Below, one piece after another: positions 41,501 through 54,500 of a DNA stretch of 64,000 bases. The DNA comes from Eledone cirrhosa (lineage: Eukaryota): assembly GCA_964016885.1 (NCBI GenBank), contig OZ024741.1, positions 309,132,001 to 309,196,000 of the forward strand, read 5' to 3'. Numbering within the stretch: position 1 is the stretch's first letter; every line of letters begins with the position of its first letter. The notes under the pieces are model-generated. The model did no database searches. It saw only the letters and a list, made by a program, of their open reading frames with translations, and was not told the DNA's origin. The position numbers and the translations under genes were made by a program.

Positions 41501-43797
41501 GTGTCGAGGTAGTGTAGTTGTTACTGTTGTTGTCAGTGTCGAGGTAGTGTAGTTGTTACTGTTGTTGTCAGTGTCGAGGTAGTGTAGTTGTTACTGTTGT
41601 TGTCAGTGTCGAGGTAGTGTAGTTGTTACTGTTGTTGTCAGTGTCGAGGTAGTGTAGTTGTTACTGTTGTTGTCAGTGTCGAGATAGTGTAGTTGTTACT
41701 GTTGCTGTCAGTGTCGAGGTAGTGTAGTTGTTACTGTTGTTGTCAGTGTCGAGGTAGTGTAGTTGTTACTGTTGTTGTCAGTGTCGAGGTAGTGTAGTTG
41801 TTACTGTTGTTGCCAGTGTCGAGGTAGTGTAGTTGTTACTGTTGTTGTCAGTGTCGAGGTAGTGTAGTTGTTACTGTTGTTGTCAGTGTCGAGGTAGTGT
41901 AGTTGTTACTGTTGTTGCTGTCAGTGTCGAGGTAGTGTAGTTGTTACTGTTGTTGTCAGTGTCGAGATAGTGTAGTTGTTACTGTTGTTGTCAGTGTCGA
42001 GGTAGTGTAGTTGTTACTGTTGTTGTCAGTGTCGAGGTAGTGTAGTTGTTACTGTTGTTGCAGTGTCGAGGTAGTGTAGTTGTTACTGTTGCTGTCAGTG
42101 TCGAGGTAGTGTAGTTGTTACTGTTGTTGTCAGTGTCGAGGTAGTGTAGTTGTTACTGTTGTTGTCAGTGTCGAGGTTAGTGTTTGTTACTGTTGTTGCC
42201 AGTGTCGAGGTAGTGTAGTTGTTACTGTTGTTGTCAGTGTCGAGGTAGTGTAGTTGTTACTGTTGTTGTCAGTGTCGAGGTAGTGTAGTTGTTACTGTTG
42301 TTGTCAGTGTCGAGATAGTGTAGTTGTTACTGTTGTTGTCAGTGTCGAGGTAGTGTAGTTGTTACTGTTGTTGTCAGTGTCGAGGTAGTGTAGTTGTTAC
42401 TGTTGTTGCCAGTGTCGAGGTAGTGTAGTTGTTACTGTTGTTGTCAGTGTCGAGGTAGTGTAGTTGTTACTGTTGCTGTCAGTGTCGAGGTAGTGTAGTT
42501 GTTACTGTTGCTGTCAGTGTCGAGGTAGTGTAGTTGTTACTGTTGTTGTCAGTGTCGAGATAGTGTAGTTGTTACTGTTGTTGTCAGTGTCGAGGTAGTG
42601 TAGTTGTTACTGTTGTTGTCAGTGTCGAGGTAGTGTAGTTGTTACTGTTGTTGCCAGTGTCGAGGTAGTGTAGTTGTTACTGTTGCTGTCAGTGTCGAGG
42701 TAGTGTAGTTGTTACTGTTGTTGTCAGTGTCGAGGTAGTGTAGTTGTTACTGTTGTTGTCAGTGTCGAGGTAGTGTAGTTGTTACTGTTGTTGCCAGTGT
42801 CGAGGTAGTGTAGTTGTTACTGTTGTTGTCAGTGTCGAGGTAGTGTAGTTGTTACTGTTGTTGTCAGTGTCGAGGTAGTGTAGTTGTTACTGTTGTTGTC
42901 AGTGTCGAGATAGTGTAGTTGTTACTGTTGTTGTCAGTGTCGAGGTAGTGTAGTTGTTACTGTTGTTGTCAGTGTCGAGGTAGTGTAGTTGTTACTGTTG
43001 TTGCCAGTGTCGAGGTAGTGTAGTTGTTACTGTTGTTGTCAGTGTCGAGGTAGTGTAGTTGTTACTGTTGCTGTCAGTGTCGAGGTAGTGTTAGTTGTTA
43101 CTGTTGTTGCCAGTGTCGAGGTAGTGTAGTTGTTACTGTTGCTGTCAGTGTCGAGGTAGTGTAGTTGTTACTGTTGTTGTCAGTGTCGAGGTAGTGTTAG
43201 TTGTTACTGTTGCTGTCAGTGTCGAGGTAGTGTAGTTGTTACTGTTGTTGTCAGTGTCGAGGTAGTGTAGTTGTTACTGTTGCTGTCAGTGTCGAGGTAG
43301 TGTTAGTTGTTACTGTTGTTGCCAGTGTCGAGGTAGTGTAGTTGTTACTGTTGCTGTCAGTGTCGAGGTAGTGTAGTTGTTACTGTCGTTGTCAGTGTCG
43401 AGGTAGTGTAGTTGTTACTGTTGCTGTCAGTGTCGAGGTAGTGTAGTTGTTACTGTTGTTGTCAGTGTCGAGGTAGTGTAGTTGTTACTGTTGTTGTCAG
43501 TGTCGAGGTAGTGTAGTTGTTACTGTTGTTGTCAGTGTCGAGGTAGTGTAGTTGTTACTGTTGTTGCCAGTGTCGAGGTAGTGTAGTTGTTACTGTTGTT
43601 GTCAGTGTCGAGGTAGTGTAGTTGTTACTGTTGCTGTCAGTGTCGAGGTAGTGTTAGTTGTTACTGTTGTTGCCAGTGTCGAGGTAGTGTAGTTGTTACT
43701 GTTGTTGTCAGTGTCGAGGTAGTGTAGTTGTTACTGTTGTTGTCAGTGTCGAGGTAGTGTAGTTGTTACTGTTGCTGTCAGTGTCGAGGTAGTGTAG
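32507..43797. repeat. 35-bp satellite array, about 320 copies
   Basis: Unit GTTGTTACTGTTGYTGYCAGTGTCGAGGTAGTGTA; register repeats every 420 bp (12x35). Occasional 26-bp deleted units and +/-1 indels. Confidence 0.97.
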
Positions 43798-43846
43798 TCT
43801 ATTTTTGTTAATATTTTGAATTAATATATATATATATATATATATA

Positions 43847-44037
43847 CGTTATTCCGGGTTGAATCGGAGGTAACCACAGTAAGTAAGGTACTCAGTACAT
43901 AGCAGAGTATAAAAGTTTTAATATAGATGAGATTCTACAGGACTAGAACTGTTTCATTCATTAGAAATCATCAGATTCCTGATGATTTCTAATGAATGAA
44001 ACAGTTCTAGTCATGTAGAATCTCATCTACATTAAAA

Positions 44038-44040
<3 letters not shown>
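43847..44040 (-). mobile_element. Family C fold-back element (128-bp palindrome plus tail) in (TA)n
   Basis: Arms 43913-43974 and 43979-44040 turn around at TCATCAG-attc-CTGATGA; each arm has CTGATGA-TTTC(TAAT)GAAT-GAAAC..GTC. Confidence 0.8.
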
Positions 44041-44087
<47 letters not shown>

Positions 44088-44091
44088 TATA

Positions 44092-44150
<59 letters not shown>

Positions 44151-44157
<7 letters not shown>

Positions 44158-44561
44158 AGATCAAAAGATGGTTAAAAGAGTTCCAAGTATTTTATTATGC
44201 GCATTTCAAAAACAAATATCATCATGGGATGATATCTGCGTTCTCATCAGATAAAATAGGGATACATGCTATGAAGCTTAAAAAACACTTGTGAATAGTG
44301 AAGTGTTAAATCAACATATGAAAAATAAATTAAGATTGATGTATGAGATTGGGAAAAAATGAGAGGGGGGGGGGTAAGGAAGAAGAAGAGATATCATCCC
44401 ATGATGATATTTGTTTTTGAAATGCGTATAATAAAATACATGGAACTCTTTTAACCATCTTTTGATCTTATATTATTTATACTCCAGTCCAACAAACGGT
44501 AGAGTGCAACTTATCCGATATTTGCATTGCTTTATTGTGCTACAATAAAACTCACCTCCTA
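44151..44561 (+). mobile_element. Family B element, second copy (long inverted arm 44151-44390, truncated forward copy 44391-44561)
   Basis: Near-identical to 20535-20957 but with a different turn-around point. Confidence 0.9.
44188..44258 (-). ncRNA. Minimal type-I hammerhead ribozyme (family B, copy 2)
   Basis: Same fold as 20763-20833. The single stem II difference (A to G) converts an A-U pair to a G-U wobble. Confidence 0.85.
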
Positions 44562-44577
44562 CATATATATATATATA

Positions 44578-44902
44578 GTAATAATAATAAATTTGAAGAC
44601 TAAAATCCAAAGAGGGCCCGATAAGGATAAATATATATCAAATATACAAGAACCGTAGAGCAAATATTTATTAAAATAACAGATTAAAGTTTAAGCAAAG
44701 AATCGCTGCTTTCACCCTTAACGGGATCTTCTGAAACTAACAAAGTCAATCTGTAAACGCAGAAGTGGATATTTAAAAAAACGTTGGAACCGGAGGAAGA
44801 CAGGAAGACGATACTTTGCTTCGTGGAAACGTTCTCTGTTAGTTTCAGAAGATCCCGTTAAGGGTGAAAGCAGCGATTCTTTGCTTAAACTTTAATCTGT
44901 TA

Positions 44903-44910
<8 letters not shown>
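44578..44910 (-). mobile_element. Family E fold-back element in (TA)n
   Basis: 74-bp inverted arms at 44669-44742 and 44837-44910, plus tail 44578-44668. Homologous pieces at 10791-10850 and 10953-11068, and a related tail at 23421-23520. Confidence 0.8.
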
Positions 44911-44986
<76 letters not shown>

Positions 44987-45133
44987 TTAAAACCACAACT
45001 GAATACTAACCCATACAATCACTAATACTCTTTTATTCCTAATTAAACCATTTTTCAACTGTGAACAATTTGTCAGCATTTTCTATTCCGTTTACCAATA
45101 TATAATAACTTGTGTGTTACACCTCTATTCTTT

Positions 45134-45175
<42 letters not shown>

Positions 45176-45529
45176 CATGTATGTATGTATGTATGTATGT
45201 ATATGTATGTATGTATAAGTTTGTATATGTGGCTGCAGTTTTTACAACTGGTGTAGTTATTGTATGTGTAGCTGGAATTGGTGTTGTTGTTACTGTTGTG
45301 GTACTGGCATGTATGTGGAGTACAGGTAGGTATACGGGGCTGTGGTCGTTACAACTACTTTAGTTCTTGTTTGTGTAGTTGTTTTGTTGTAGGAGGAGGG
45401 GGACTGTGGGTTGTGGTTATTAACGTTAGTAGTACTGTTTGTACTGTTAATGCTGTGGTGGATGTTGTGGTTGTAGTTGTTATGGTTACTGCAGTTGATT
45501 GTGATACTGTTGTTATTGTAGTTGTATAG

Positions 45530-48500
45530 TTACTGTAGTTGATGGTGATAATGTTGTTACTGTAGTTGATGGTAATAATGTTGTTACTGTTGTTGATGGT
45601 GATAATGTTGTTACTGTTGTTGATGGTGATAATGTTGTTATTGTAGTTGATGGTGATAATGTTGTTACTGTAGTTGATGGTAATAATGTTGTTACTGTTG
45701 TTGATGGTGATAATGTTGTTACTGTTGTTGATGGTGATAATGTTGTTACTGTAGTTGATGGTGATAATGTTGTTATTGTAGTTGATGGTGATAATGTTGT
45801 TACTGTAGTTGATGGTAATAATGTTGTTACTGTAGTTGATGGTGATAATGTTGTTACTGTTGTTGATGGTGATAATGTTGTTACTGTAGTTGATGGTGAT
45901 AATGTTGTTACTGTAGTTGATGGTAATAATGTTGTTACTGTAGTTGATGGTGATAATGTTGTTACTGTAGTTGATGGTAATAATGTTGTTACTGTAGTTG
46001 ATGGTAATAATGTTGTTACTGTAGTTGATGGTGATAATGTTGTTACTGTTGTTGATGGTGATAATGTTGTTACTGTTGTTGATGGTGATAATGTTGTTAC
46101 TGTTGTTGATGGTGATAATGTTGTTATTGTAGTTGATGGTAATAATGTTGTTACTGTAGTTGATGGTAATAATGTTGTTACTGTAGTTGATGGTGATAAT
46201 GTTGTTACTGTTGTTGATGGTGATAATGTTGTTACTGTTGTTGATGGTGATAATGTTGTTACTGTTGTTGATGGTGATAATGTTGTTATTGTAGTTGATG
46301 GTGATAATGTTGTTACTGTAGTTGATGGTAATAATGTTGTTACTGTAGTTGATGGTGATAATGTTGTTACTGTTGTTGATGGTGATAATGTTGTTACTGT
46401 AGTTGATGGTGATAATGTTGTTACTGTAGTTGATGGTGATAATGTTGTTATTGTAGTTGATGGTGATAATGTTGTTACTGTTGTTGATGGTGATAATGTT
46501 GTTACTGTAGTTGATGGTGATAATGTTGTTACTGTAGTTGATGGTGATAATGTTGTTATTGTAGTTGATGGTGATAATGTTGTTACTGTTGTTGATGGTG
46601 ATAATGTTGTTACTGTAGTTGATGGTGATAATATTGTTATTGTAGTTGATGGTGATAATGTTGTTATTGTAGTTGATGGTGATAATGTTGTTACTGTTGT
46701 TGATGGTGATAATGTTGTTACTGTTGTTGATGGTGATAATCTTGTTACTGTAGTTGATGGTGATAATGTTGTTATTGTAGTTGATGGTGATAATATTGTT
46801 ATTGTAGTTGATGGTGATAATGTTGTTACTGTAGTTGATGGTAATAATGTTGTTACTGTTGTTGATGGTGATAATGTTGTTACTGTTGTTGATGGTAATA
46901 ATGTTGTTACTGTAGTTGATGGTGATAATGTTGTTACTGTAGTTGATGGTGATAATGTTGTTATTGTAGTTGATGGTGATAATGTTGTTACTGTTGTTGA
47001 TGGTGATAATGTTGTTACTGTAGTTGATGGTGATAATGTTGTTATTGTAGTTGATGGTGATAATGTTGTTACTGTTGTTGATGGTGATAATGTTGTTACT
47101 GTTGTTGATGGTGATAATCTTGTTACTGTAGTTGATGGTGATAATGTTGTTATTGTAGTTGATGGTGATAATCTTGTTACTGTAGTTGATGGTAATAATG
47201 TTGTTACTGTAGTTGATGGTGATAATGTTGTTACTGTAGTTGATGGTGATAATGTTGTTATTGTAGTTGATGGTGATAATGTTGTTATTGTAGTTGATGG
47301 TGATAATGTTGTTATTGTGGTTGATGGTGATAATGTTGTTACTGTTGTTGATGGTGATAATCTTGTTACTGTAGTTGATGGTAATAATATTGTTACTGTA
47401 GTTGATGGTGATAATCTTGTTACTGTAGTTGATGGTGATAATGTTGTTATTGTGGTTGATGGTGATAATGTTGTTACTGTTGTTGATGGTGATAATCTTG
47501 TTACTGTAGTTGATGGTGATAATGTTGTTACTGTTGTTGATGGTGATAATGTTGTTACTGTTGTTGATGGTAATAATGTTGTTACTGTAGTTGATGGTGA
47601 TAATGTTGTTACTGTAGTTGATGGTGATAATGTTGTTATTGTAGTTGATGGTGATAATGTTGTTATTGTAGATGATGGTGATAATCTTGTTATTGTAGTT
47701 GATGGTGATAATGTTGTTACTGTTGTTGATGGTGATAATGTTGTTACTGTTGTTGATGGTAATAATGTTGTTACTGTAGTTGATGGTGATAATGTTGTTA
47801 TTGTAGTTGATGGTGATAATGTTGTTATTGTAGATGATGGTGATAATGTTGTTACTGTTGTTGATGGTGATAATGTTGTTACTGTTGTTGATGGTGATAA
47901 TCTTGTTATTGTAGTTGATGGTGATAAGGTTGTTACTGTAGTTGAAGGTGATAATGTTGTTATTGTAGTTGATGGTGATAATTTTGTTACTGTAGTTGAT
48001 GGTGATAATGTTGTTACTGTAGCAGATGGTGATAATGTTGTTATTGTAGTTGATGGTAATAATGTTGTTACTGTTGTTGATGGTGATAATGTTGTTATTG
48101 TAGTTGATGGTAATAATGTTGTTACTGTTGTTGATGGTGATAATCTTGTTATTGTAGTTGATGGTTATAAGTTTGTTACTGTAGTTGATGGTGATAATGT
48201 TGTTATTGTAGTTGATGGTGATAATGTTGTTACTGTAGTTGATGGTGATGATGTTGTTACTGTAGTTGATGGTGATAATGTTGTTACTGTAGTTGATGGT
48301 GATAATGTTGTTACTGTAGTTGATGGTGATAATGTTGTTATTGTAGTTGATGGTGATAATGTTGTTATTGTAGTTGATGGTGATAATGTTGTTACTGTAG
48401 TTGCTGGTGATAATGTTGTTATTGTAGTTGATGGTGATAATGTTGTTACTGTAGTTGATGGTGATAATGTTGTTACTGTAGTTGATTGTGATAATGTTGT

Positions 48501-51500
48501 TACTGTAGTTGCTGGTGATAATGTTGTTATTGTAGTTGATGGTGATAATGTTGTTACTGTTGTTGATGGTGATAATGTTGTTATTGTAGTTGATGGTGAT
48601 AAAGTTGTTATTGTAGTTGATGGTGATAATGTTGTTACTGTGGTTGATGGTGATAATGTTGTTACTGTAGTTGCTGGTGATAATGTTGTTATTGTAGTTG
48701 ATGGTGATAATGTTGTTATTGTAGATGATGGTGATAATGTTGTTACTGTAGTTGCTGGTGATAATGTTGTTATTGTAGTTGATGGTGATAATGTTGTTAT
48801 TGTAGTTGATGGTGATAATGTTGTTACTGTGGTTGATGGTGATAATGTTGTTACTGTAGTTGCTGGTGATAATGTTGTTATTGTAGTTGATGGAGATAAT
48901 GTTGTTACTGTAGTTGATGGCGATAATGTTGTTACTGTAGTTGCTGGTGATAATGTTGTTATTGTAGTTGATGGTGATAATGTTGTTATTGTAGATGATG
49001 GTGATAATGTTGTTACTGTTGTTGATGGTGATAATGTTGTTACTGTTGTTGATGGTGATAATCTTGTTATTGTAGTTGATGGTGATAAGGTTGTTACTGT
49101 AGTTGATGGTGATAATCTTGTTATTGTAGTTGATGGTGATAATTTTGTTACTCTAGTTGATGGTGTTAATGTTGTTACTGTAGTTGATGGTGATAATATT
49201 GTTACTGTAGTTGATGGTGATAATGTTGTTACTGTAGTTGATGGTGATAATGTTGTTATTGTAGTTGATGGTGATAATGTTGTTATTGTAATTGATGGTG
49301 ATAATGTTGTTACTGTAGTTGATGGTGATAATGTTGTTACTGTAGTTGCTGGTGATAATGTTGTTATTGTAGTTGATGGTGATAATGTTGTTACTGTAGT
49401 TGATGGTGATAATGTTGTTACTGTAGTTGATGGTGATAATGTTGTTATTGTAGTTGATGGTAATAATGTTGTTACTGTTGTTGATGGTGATAATGTTGTT
49501 ATTGTAGTTGATGGTAATAATGTTGTTACTGTTGTTGATGGTGATAATCTTGTTATTGTAGTTGATGGTGATAAGGTTGTTACTGTAGTTGATGGTGATA
49601 ATGTTGTTATTGTAGTTGATGGTGATAATGTTGTTACTGTAGTTGATGGTGATGATGTTGTTACTGTAGTTGATGGTGATAATGTTGTTACTGTAGATGA
49701 TGGTGATAATGTTGTTACTGTAGTTGATGGTGATAATGTTGTTATTGTAGTTGATGGTGATAATGTTGTTATTGTAGTTGATGGTGATAATATTGTTATT
49801 GTAGTTGATGGTGATAATGTTGTTACTGTAGTTGATGGTGATAATGTTGTTACTGTAGTTGCTGGTGATAATGTTGTTATTGTAGTTGATGGTGATAACG
49901 TTGTTACTGTAGTTGATGGTGATAATGTTGTTATTGTAGTTGATGGTGATAATGTTATTACTGTAGTTGATGGTGATAATGTTGTTACTGTAGTTGATGG
50001 TGATGATGTTGTTACTGTAGTTGATGGTGATAATGTTGTTACTGTAGTTGATGGTGATAATGTTGTTACTGTAGTTGATTGTGATAATGTTGTTACTGTA
50101 GTTGCTGGTGATAATGTTGTTATTGTAGTTGATGGTGATAATGTTGTTACTGTTGTTGATGGTGATAATCTTGTTATTGTAGTTGATGGTGATAAAGTTG
50201 TTATTGTAGTTGATGGTGATAATGTTGTTACTGTGGTTGATGGTGATAATGTTGTTATTGTAGTTGATGGTGATAATGTTGTTACTGTAGTTGATGGTGA
50301 TAATGTTGTTACTGTAGTTGCTGGTGTTAATGTTGTTATTGTAGTTGATGGTGATAATGTTGTTACTGTAGTTGCTGGTGATAATGTTGTTATTGTAGTT
50401 GAAGGTGATAATGTTGTTACTGTAGTTGATGGTGATAATGTTGTTACTGTAGTTGATTGTGATAATGTTGTTACTGTAGTTGATGGTGATAATGTTGTTA
50501 TTGTAGTTGATGGTGATAATTTTGTTACTGTAGTTGATGGTGATAATGTTGTTACTGTAGTTGATGGTGATAATGTTGTTATTGTAGTTGATGGTAATAA
50601 TGTTGTTACTGTTGTTGATGGTGATAATGTTGTTACTGTAGTTGATGGTGATAATGTTGTTACTGTAGTTGATGGTGATAATGTTGTTATTGTAGTTGAT
50701 GGTGATAATGTTGTTATTGTAGTTGATGGTGATAATGTTGTTACTGTTGTTGATGGTGATAATGTTGTTACTGTTGTTGATGGTGATAATCTTGTTATTG
50801 TAGTTGATGGTGATAATGTTGTTACTGTTGTTGATGGTGATAATGTTGTTACTGTTGTTGATGGTAATAATGTTGTTACTGTAGTTGATGGTGATAATGT
50901 TGTTACTGTAGTTGATGGTGATAATGTTGTTACTGTTGTTGATGGTGATAATGTTGTTACTGTTGTTGATGGTGATAATCTTGTTATTGTAGTTGATGGT
51001 GATAAGGTTGTTACTGTAGTTGATGGTGATAATGTTGTTATTGTAGTTGATGGTGATAATTTTATTACTGTAGTTGATGGTGATAATGTTGTTACTGTAG
51101 TTGATGGTGATACTATTGTTACTGTAGTTGATGGTGATAATGTTGTTACTGTAGTTGATGGTGATAATGTTGTTATTGTAGTTGATGGTGATAATGTTGT
51201 TATTGTAGTTGATGGTGATAATGTTGTTACTGTAGTTGATGGTGATAATGTTGTTACTGTAGTTGCTGGTGATAATGTTGTTATTGTAGTTGATGGTGAT
51301 AATGTTGTTACTGTAGTTGATGGTGATAATGTTGTTACTGTAGTTGATGGTGATAATGTTGTTATTGTAGTTGATGGTAATAATGTTGTTACTGTTGTTG
51401 ATGGTGATAATGTTGTTATTGTAGTTGATGGTAATAATGTTGTTACTGTTGTTGATGGTGATGATCTTGTTATTGTAGTTGATGGTGATAAGGTTGTTAC

Positions 51501-54500
51501 TGTAGTTGATGGTGATAATGTTTTTATTGTAGTTGATGGTGATAATGTTGTTACTGTAGTTGATGGTGATGATGTTGTTACTGTAGTTGATGGTGATAAT
51601 GTTGTTACTGTAGATGATGGTGATAATGTTGTTACTGTAGTTGATGGTGATAATGTTGTTATTGTAGTTGATGGTGATAATGTTGTTATTGTAGTTGATG
51701 GTGATAATGTTGTTACTGTAGTTGATGGTGATAATGTTGTTACTGTAGTTGCTGTTGATAATGTTGTTATTGTAGTTCATGGTGATAATGTTGTTACTGT
51801 AGTTGATGGTGGTAATGTTGTTACTGTAGTTGATTGTGATAATGTTGTTAGTGTAGTTGCTGGTGATAATGTTGTTATTGTAGTTGATGGTGATAATGTT
51901 GTTACTGTTGTTGATGGTGATAATCTTGTTATTGTAGTTGATGGTGATATTGTTGTTACTGTAGTTGATGGTGATAATGTTGTTACTGTAGTTGCTGGTG
52001 ATAATGTTGTTATTGTAGTTGATGGTGATAATGTTGTTACTGTAGTTGCTGGTGATAATATTGTTATTGTAGTTGAAGGTGATAATGTTGTTATTGTAGT
52101 TGATGGTGATAATGTTGTTACTGTAGTTGATGGTGATAATGTTGTTACTGTAGTTGATGGTGATAATGTTGTTATTGTAGTTGATGGTAATAATGTTGTT
52201 ACTGTTGTTGATGGTGATAATGTTGTTATTGTAGTTGATGGTAATAATGTTGTTACTGTTGTTGATGGTGATAATCTTGTTATTGTAGTTGATGGTTATA
52301 AGGTTGTTACTGTAGTTGATGGTGATAATGTTGTTATTGTAGTTGATGGTGATAATATTGTTACTGTTGTTGATGGTGATACTATTGTTATTGTAGTTGA
52401 TGCTGATAATGTTGTTACTGTTGTTGATGGTGATAATGTTGTTATTGTAGTTGATGGTGATAATGTTGTTACTGTAGTTGATGGTGATAATGTTGTTATT
52501 GTAGTTGATGGTAATAATGTTGTTATTGTAGTTGATGGTGATGATGTTGTTACTGTAGTTTATGGTGATAACGTTGTTACTGTAGTTGATGGTGATAATG
52601 TTATTACTGTAGTTGATGGTGATAATGTTGTTATTGTAGTTGATGGTGATAATGTTGTTACTGTAGTTGATGGTAATAATGTTGTTATTGTAGTTGATGG
52701 TGATAATGTTTTTACTGTAGTTGATGGTGATAATGTTGTTACTGTAGCTGATGGTGATAATGTTGTTATTGTAGTTGATGGTAATAATGTTGTTACTGTT
52801 GTTGATGGTGATAATGTTGTTATTGTAGTTGATGGTAATAATGTTGTTACTGTTGTTGATGGTGATAATCTTGTTATTGTAGTTGATGTTTATAAGGTTG
52901 TTACTGTAGTTGATGGTGATAATGTTGTTATTGTAGTTGATGGTGATAATGTTGTTACTGTAGTTGATGGTGATGATGTTGTTACTGTAGTTGATGGTGA
53001 TAATGTTGTTACTGTAGTTGATGGTGATAATGTTGTTACTGTAGTTGATGGTGATAATGTTGTTATTGTAGTTGATGGTGATAATGTTGTTGTTGTAGTT
53101 GATGGTGATAATGTTGTTACTGTAGTTGCTGGTGATAATGTTGTTATTGTAGTTGATGGTGATAATGTTGTTACTGTAGTTGATGGTGATAATGTTGTTA
53201 CTGTAGTTGATTGTGATAATGTTGTTACTGTAGTTGCTGGTGATAATGTTGTTATTGTAGTTGATGGTGATAATGTTGTTACTGTTGTTGATGGTGATAA
53301 TCTTGTTATTGTAGTTGATGGTGATAAAGTTGTTATTGTAGTTGATGGTGATAATGTTGTTACTGTGGTTGATGGTGATAATGTTGTTATTGTAGTTGAT
53401 GGAGATAATGTTGTTACTGTAGTTGATGGCGATAATGTTGTTACTGTAGTTGCTGGTGATAATGTTGTTACTGTAGTTGATGGTGATAATGTTGTTACTG
53501 TAGTTGATGGTGATAATGTTGTTACTGTAGTTGATGGTGATAATGTTGCTATTGTAGTTGATGGTGATAATGTTGTTACTGTTGTTGATGCTGATAATGT
53601 TGTTACTGTTGTTGATGGTGATAATCTTGTTACTGTAGTTGATGGTAATAATGTTGTTACTGTAGTTGATGGTGATAATGTTGTTACTGTAGTTGATGGT
53701 GATAATGTTGTTATTGTAGTTGATGGTGATAATGTTGTTATTGTAGTTGATGGTGATAATGTTGTTACTGTTGTTGATGGTGATGATGTTGTTACTGTTG
53801 TTGATGGTGATAATGTTGTTACTGTTGTTGATGGTGATAATGTTGTTACTGTTGTTGATGGTGATAATCTTGTTATTGTAGTTGATGGTGATAAGGTTGT
53901 TACTGTAGTTGATGGTGATAATGTTGTTATTGTAGTTGATGGTGATAATTTAGTTACTGTAGTTGATGGTGATAATGTTGTTACTGTAGTTGATGGTGAT
54001 AATATTGTTACTGTAGTTGATGGTGATAATGTTCTTACTGTAGCTGATGGTGATAATGTTGTTATTGTAGTTGATGGTAATAATGTTGTTACTGTTGTTG
54101 ATGGTGATAATGTTGTTATTGTAGTTGATGGTAATAATGTTGTTACTGTTGTTGATGGTGATAATCTTGTTATTGTAGTTGATGGTGATAAGGTTGTTAC
54201 TGTAGTTGATGGTGATAATGTTGTTATTGTAGTTGATGGTGATAATGTTGTTACTGTAGTTGATGGTGATGATGTTGTTACTGTAGTTGATGGTGATAAT
54301 GTTGTTACTGTAGTTGATGGTGATAATGTTGTTACTGTAGTTGATGGTGATAATGTTGTTATTGTAGTTGATGGTGATAATGTTGTTATTGTAGTTAGTG
54401 GTGATAATGTTGTTACTGTAGTTGATGGTGATAATGTTGTTACTGTAGTTGATGGTGATAATGTTGTTACTGTAGTTGATGGTGATAATGTTGTTATTGT

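Noticed and set aside
32507-43797. CRISPR-like array (35-bp repeats)
   Set aside because: Units are head-to-tail with no unique spacers and no cas genes, and the context is eukaryotic.
44840-44885. Hammerhead in family E (CAGAAGA-TCCC(GTTAA)GGGT-GAAAG)
   Set aside because: The core is CAGA rather than CUGA in all copies seen, and no stem I or stem III can be formed.
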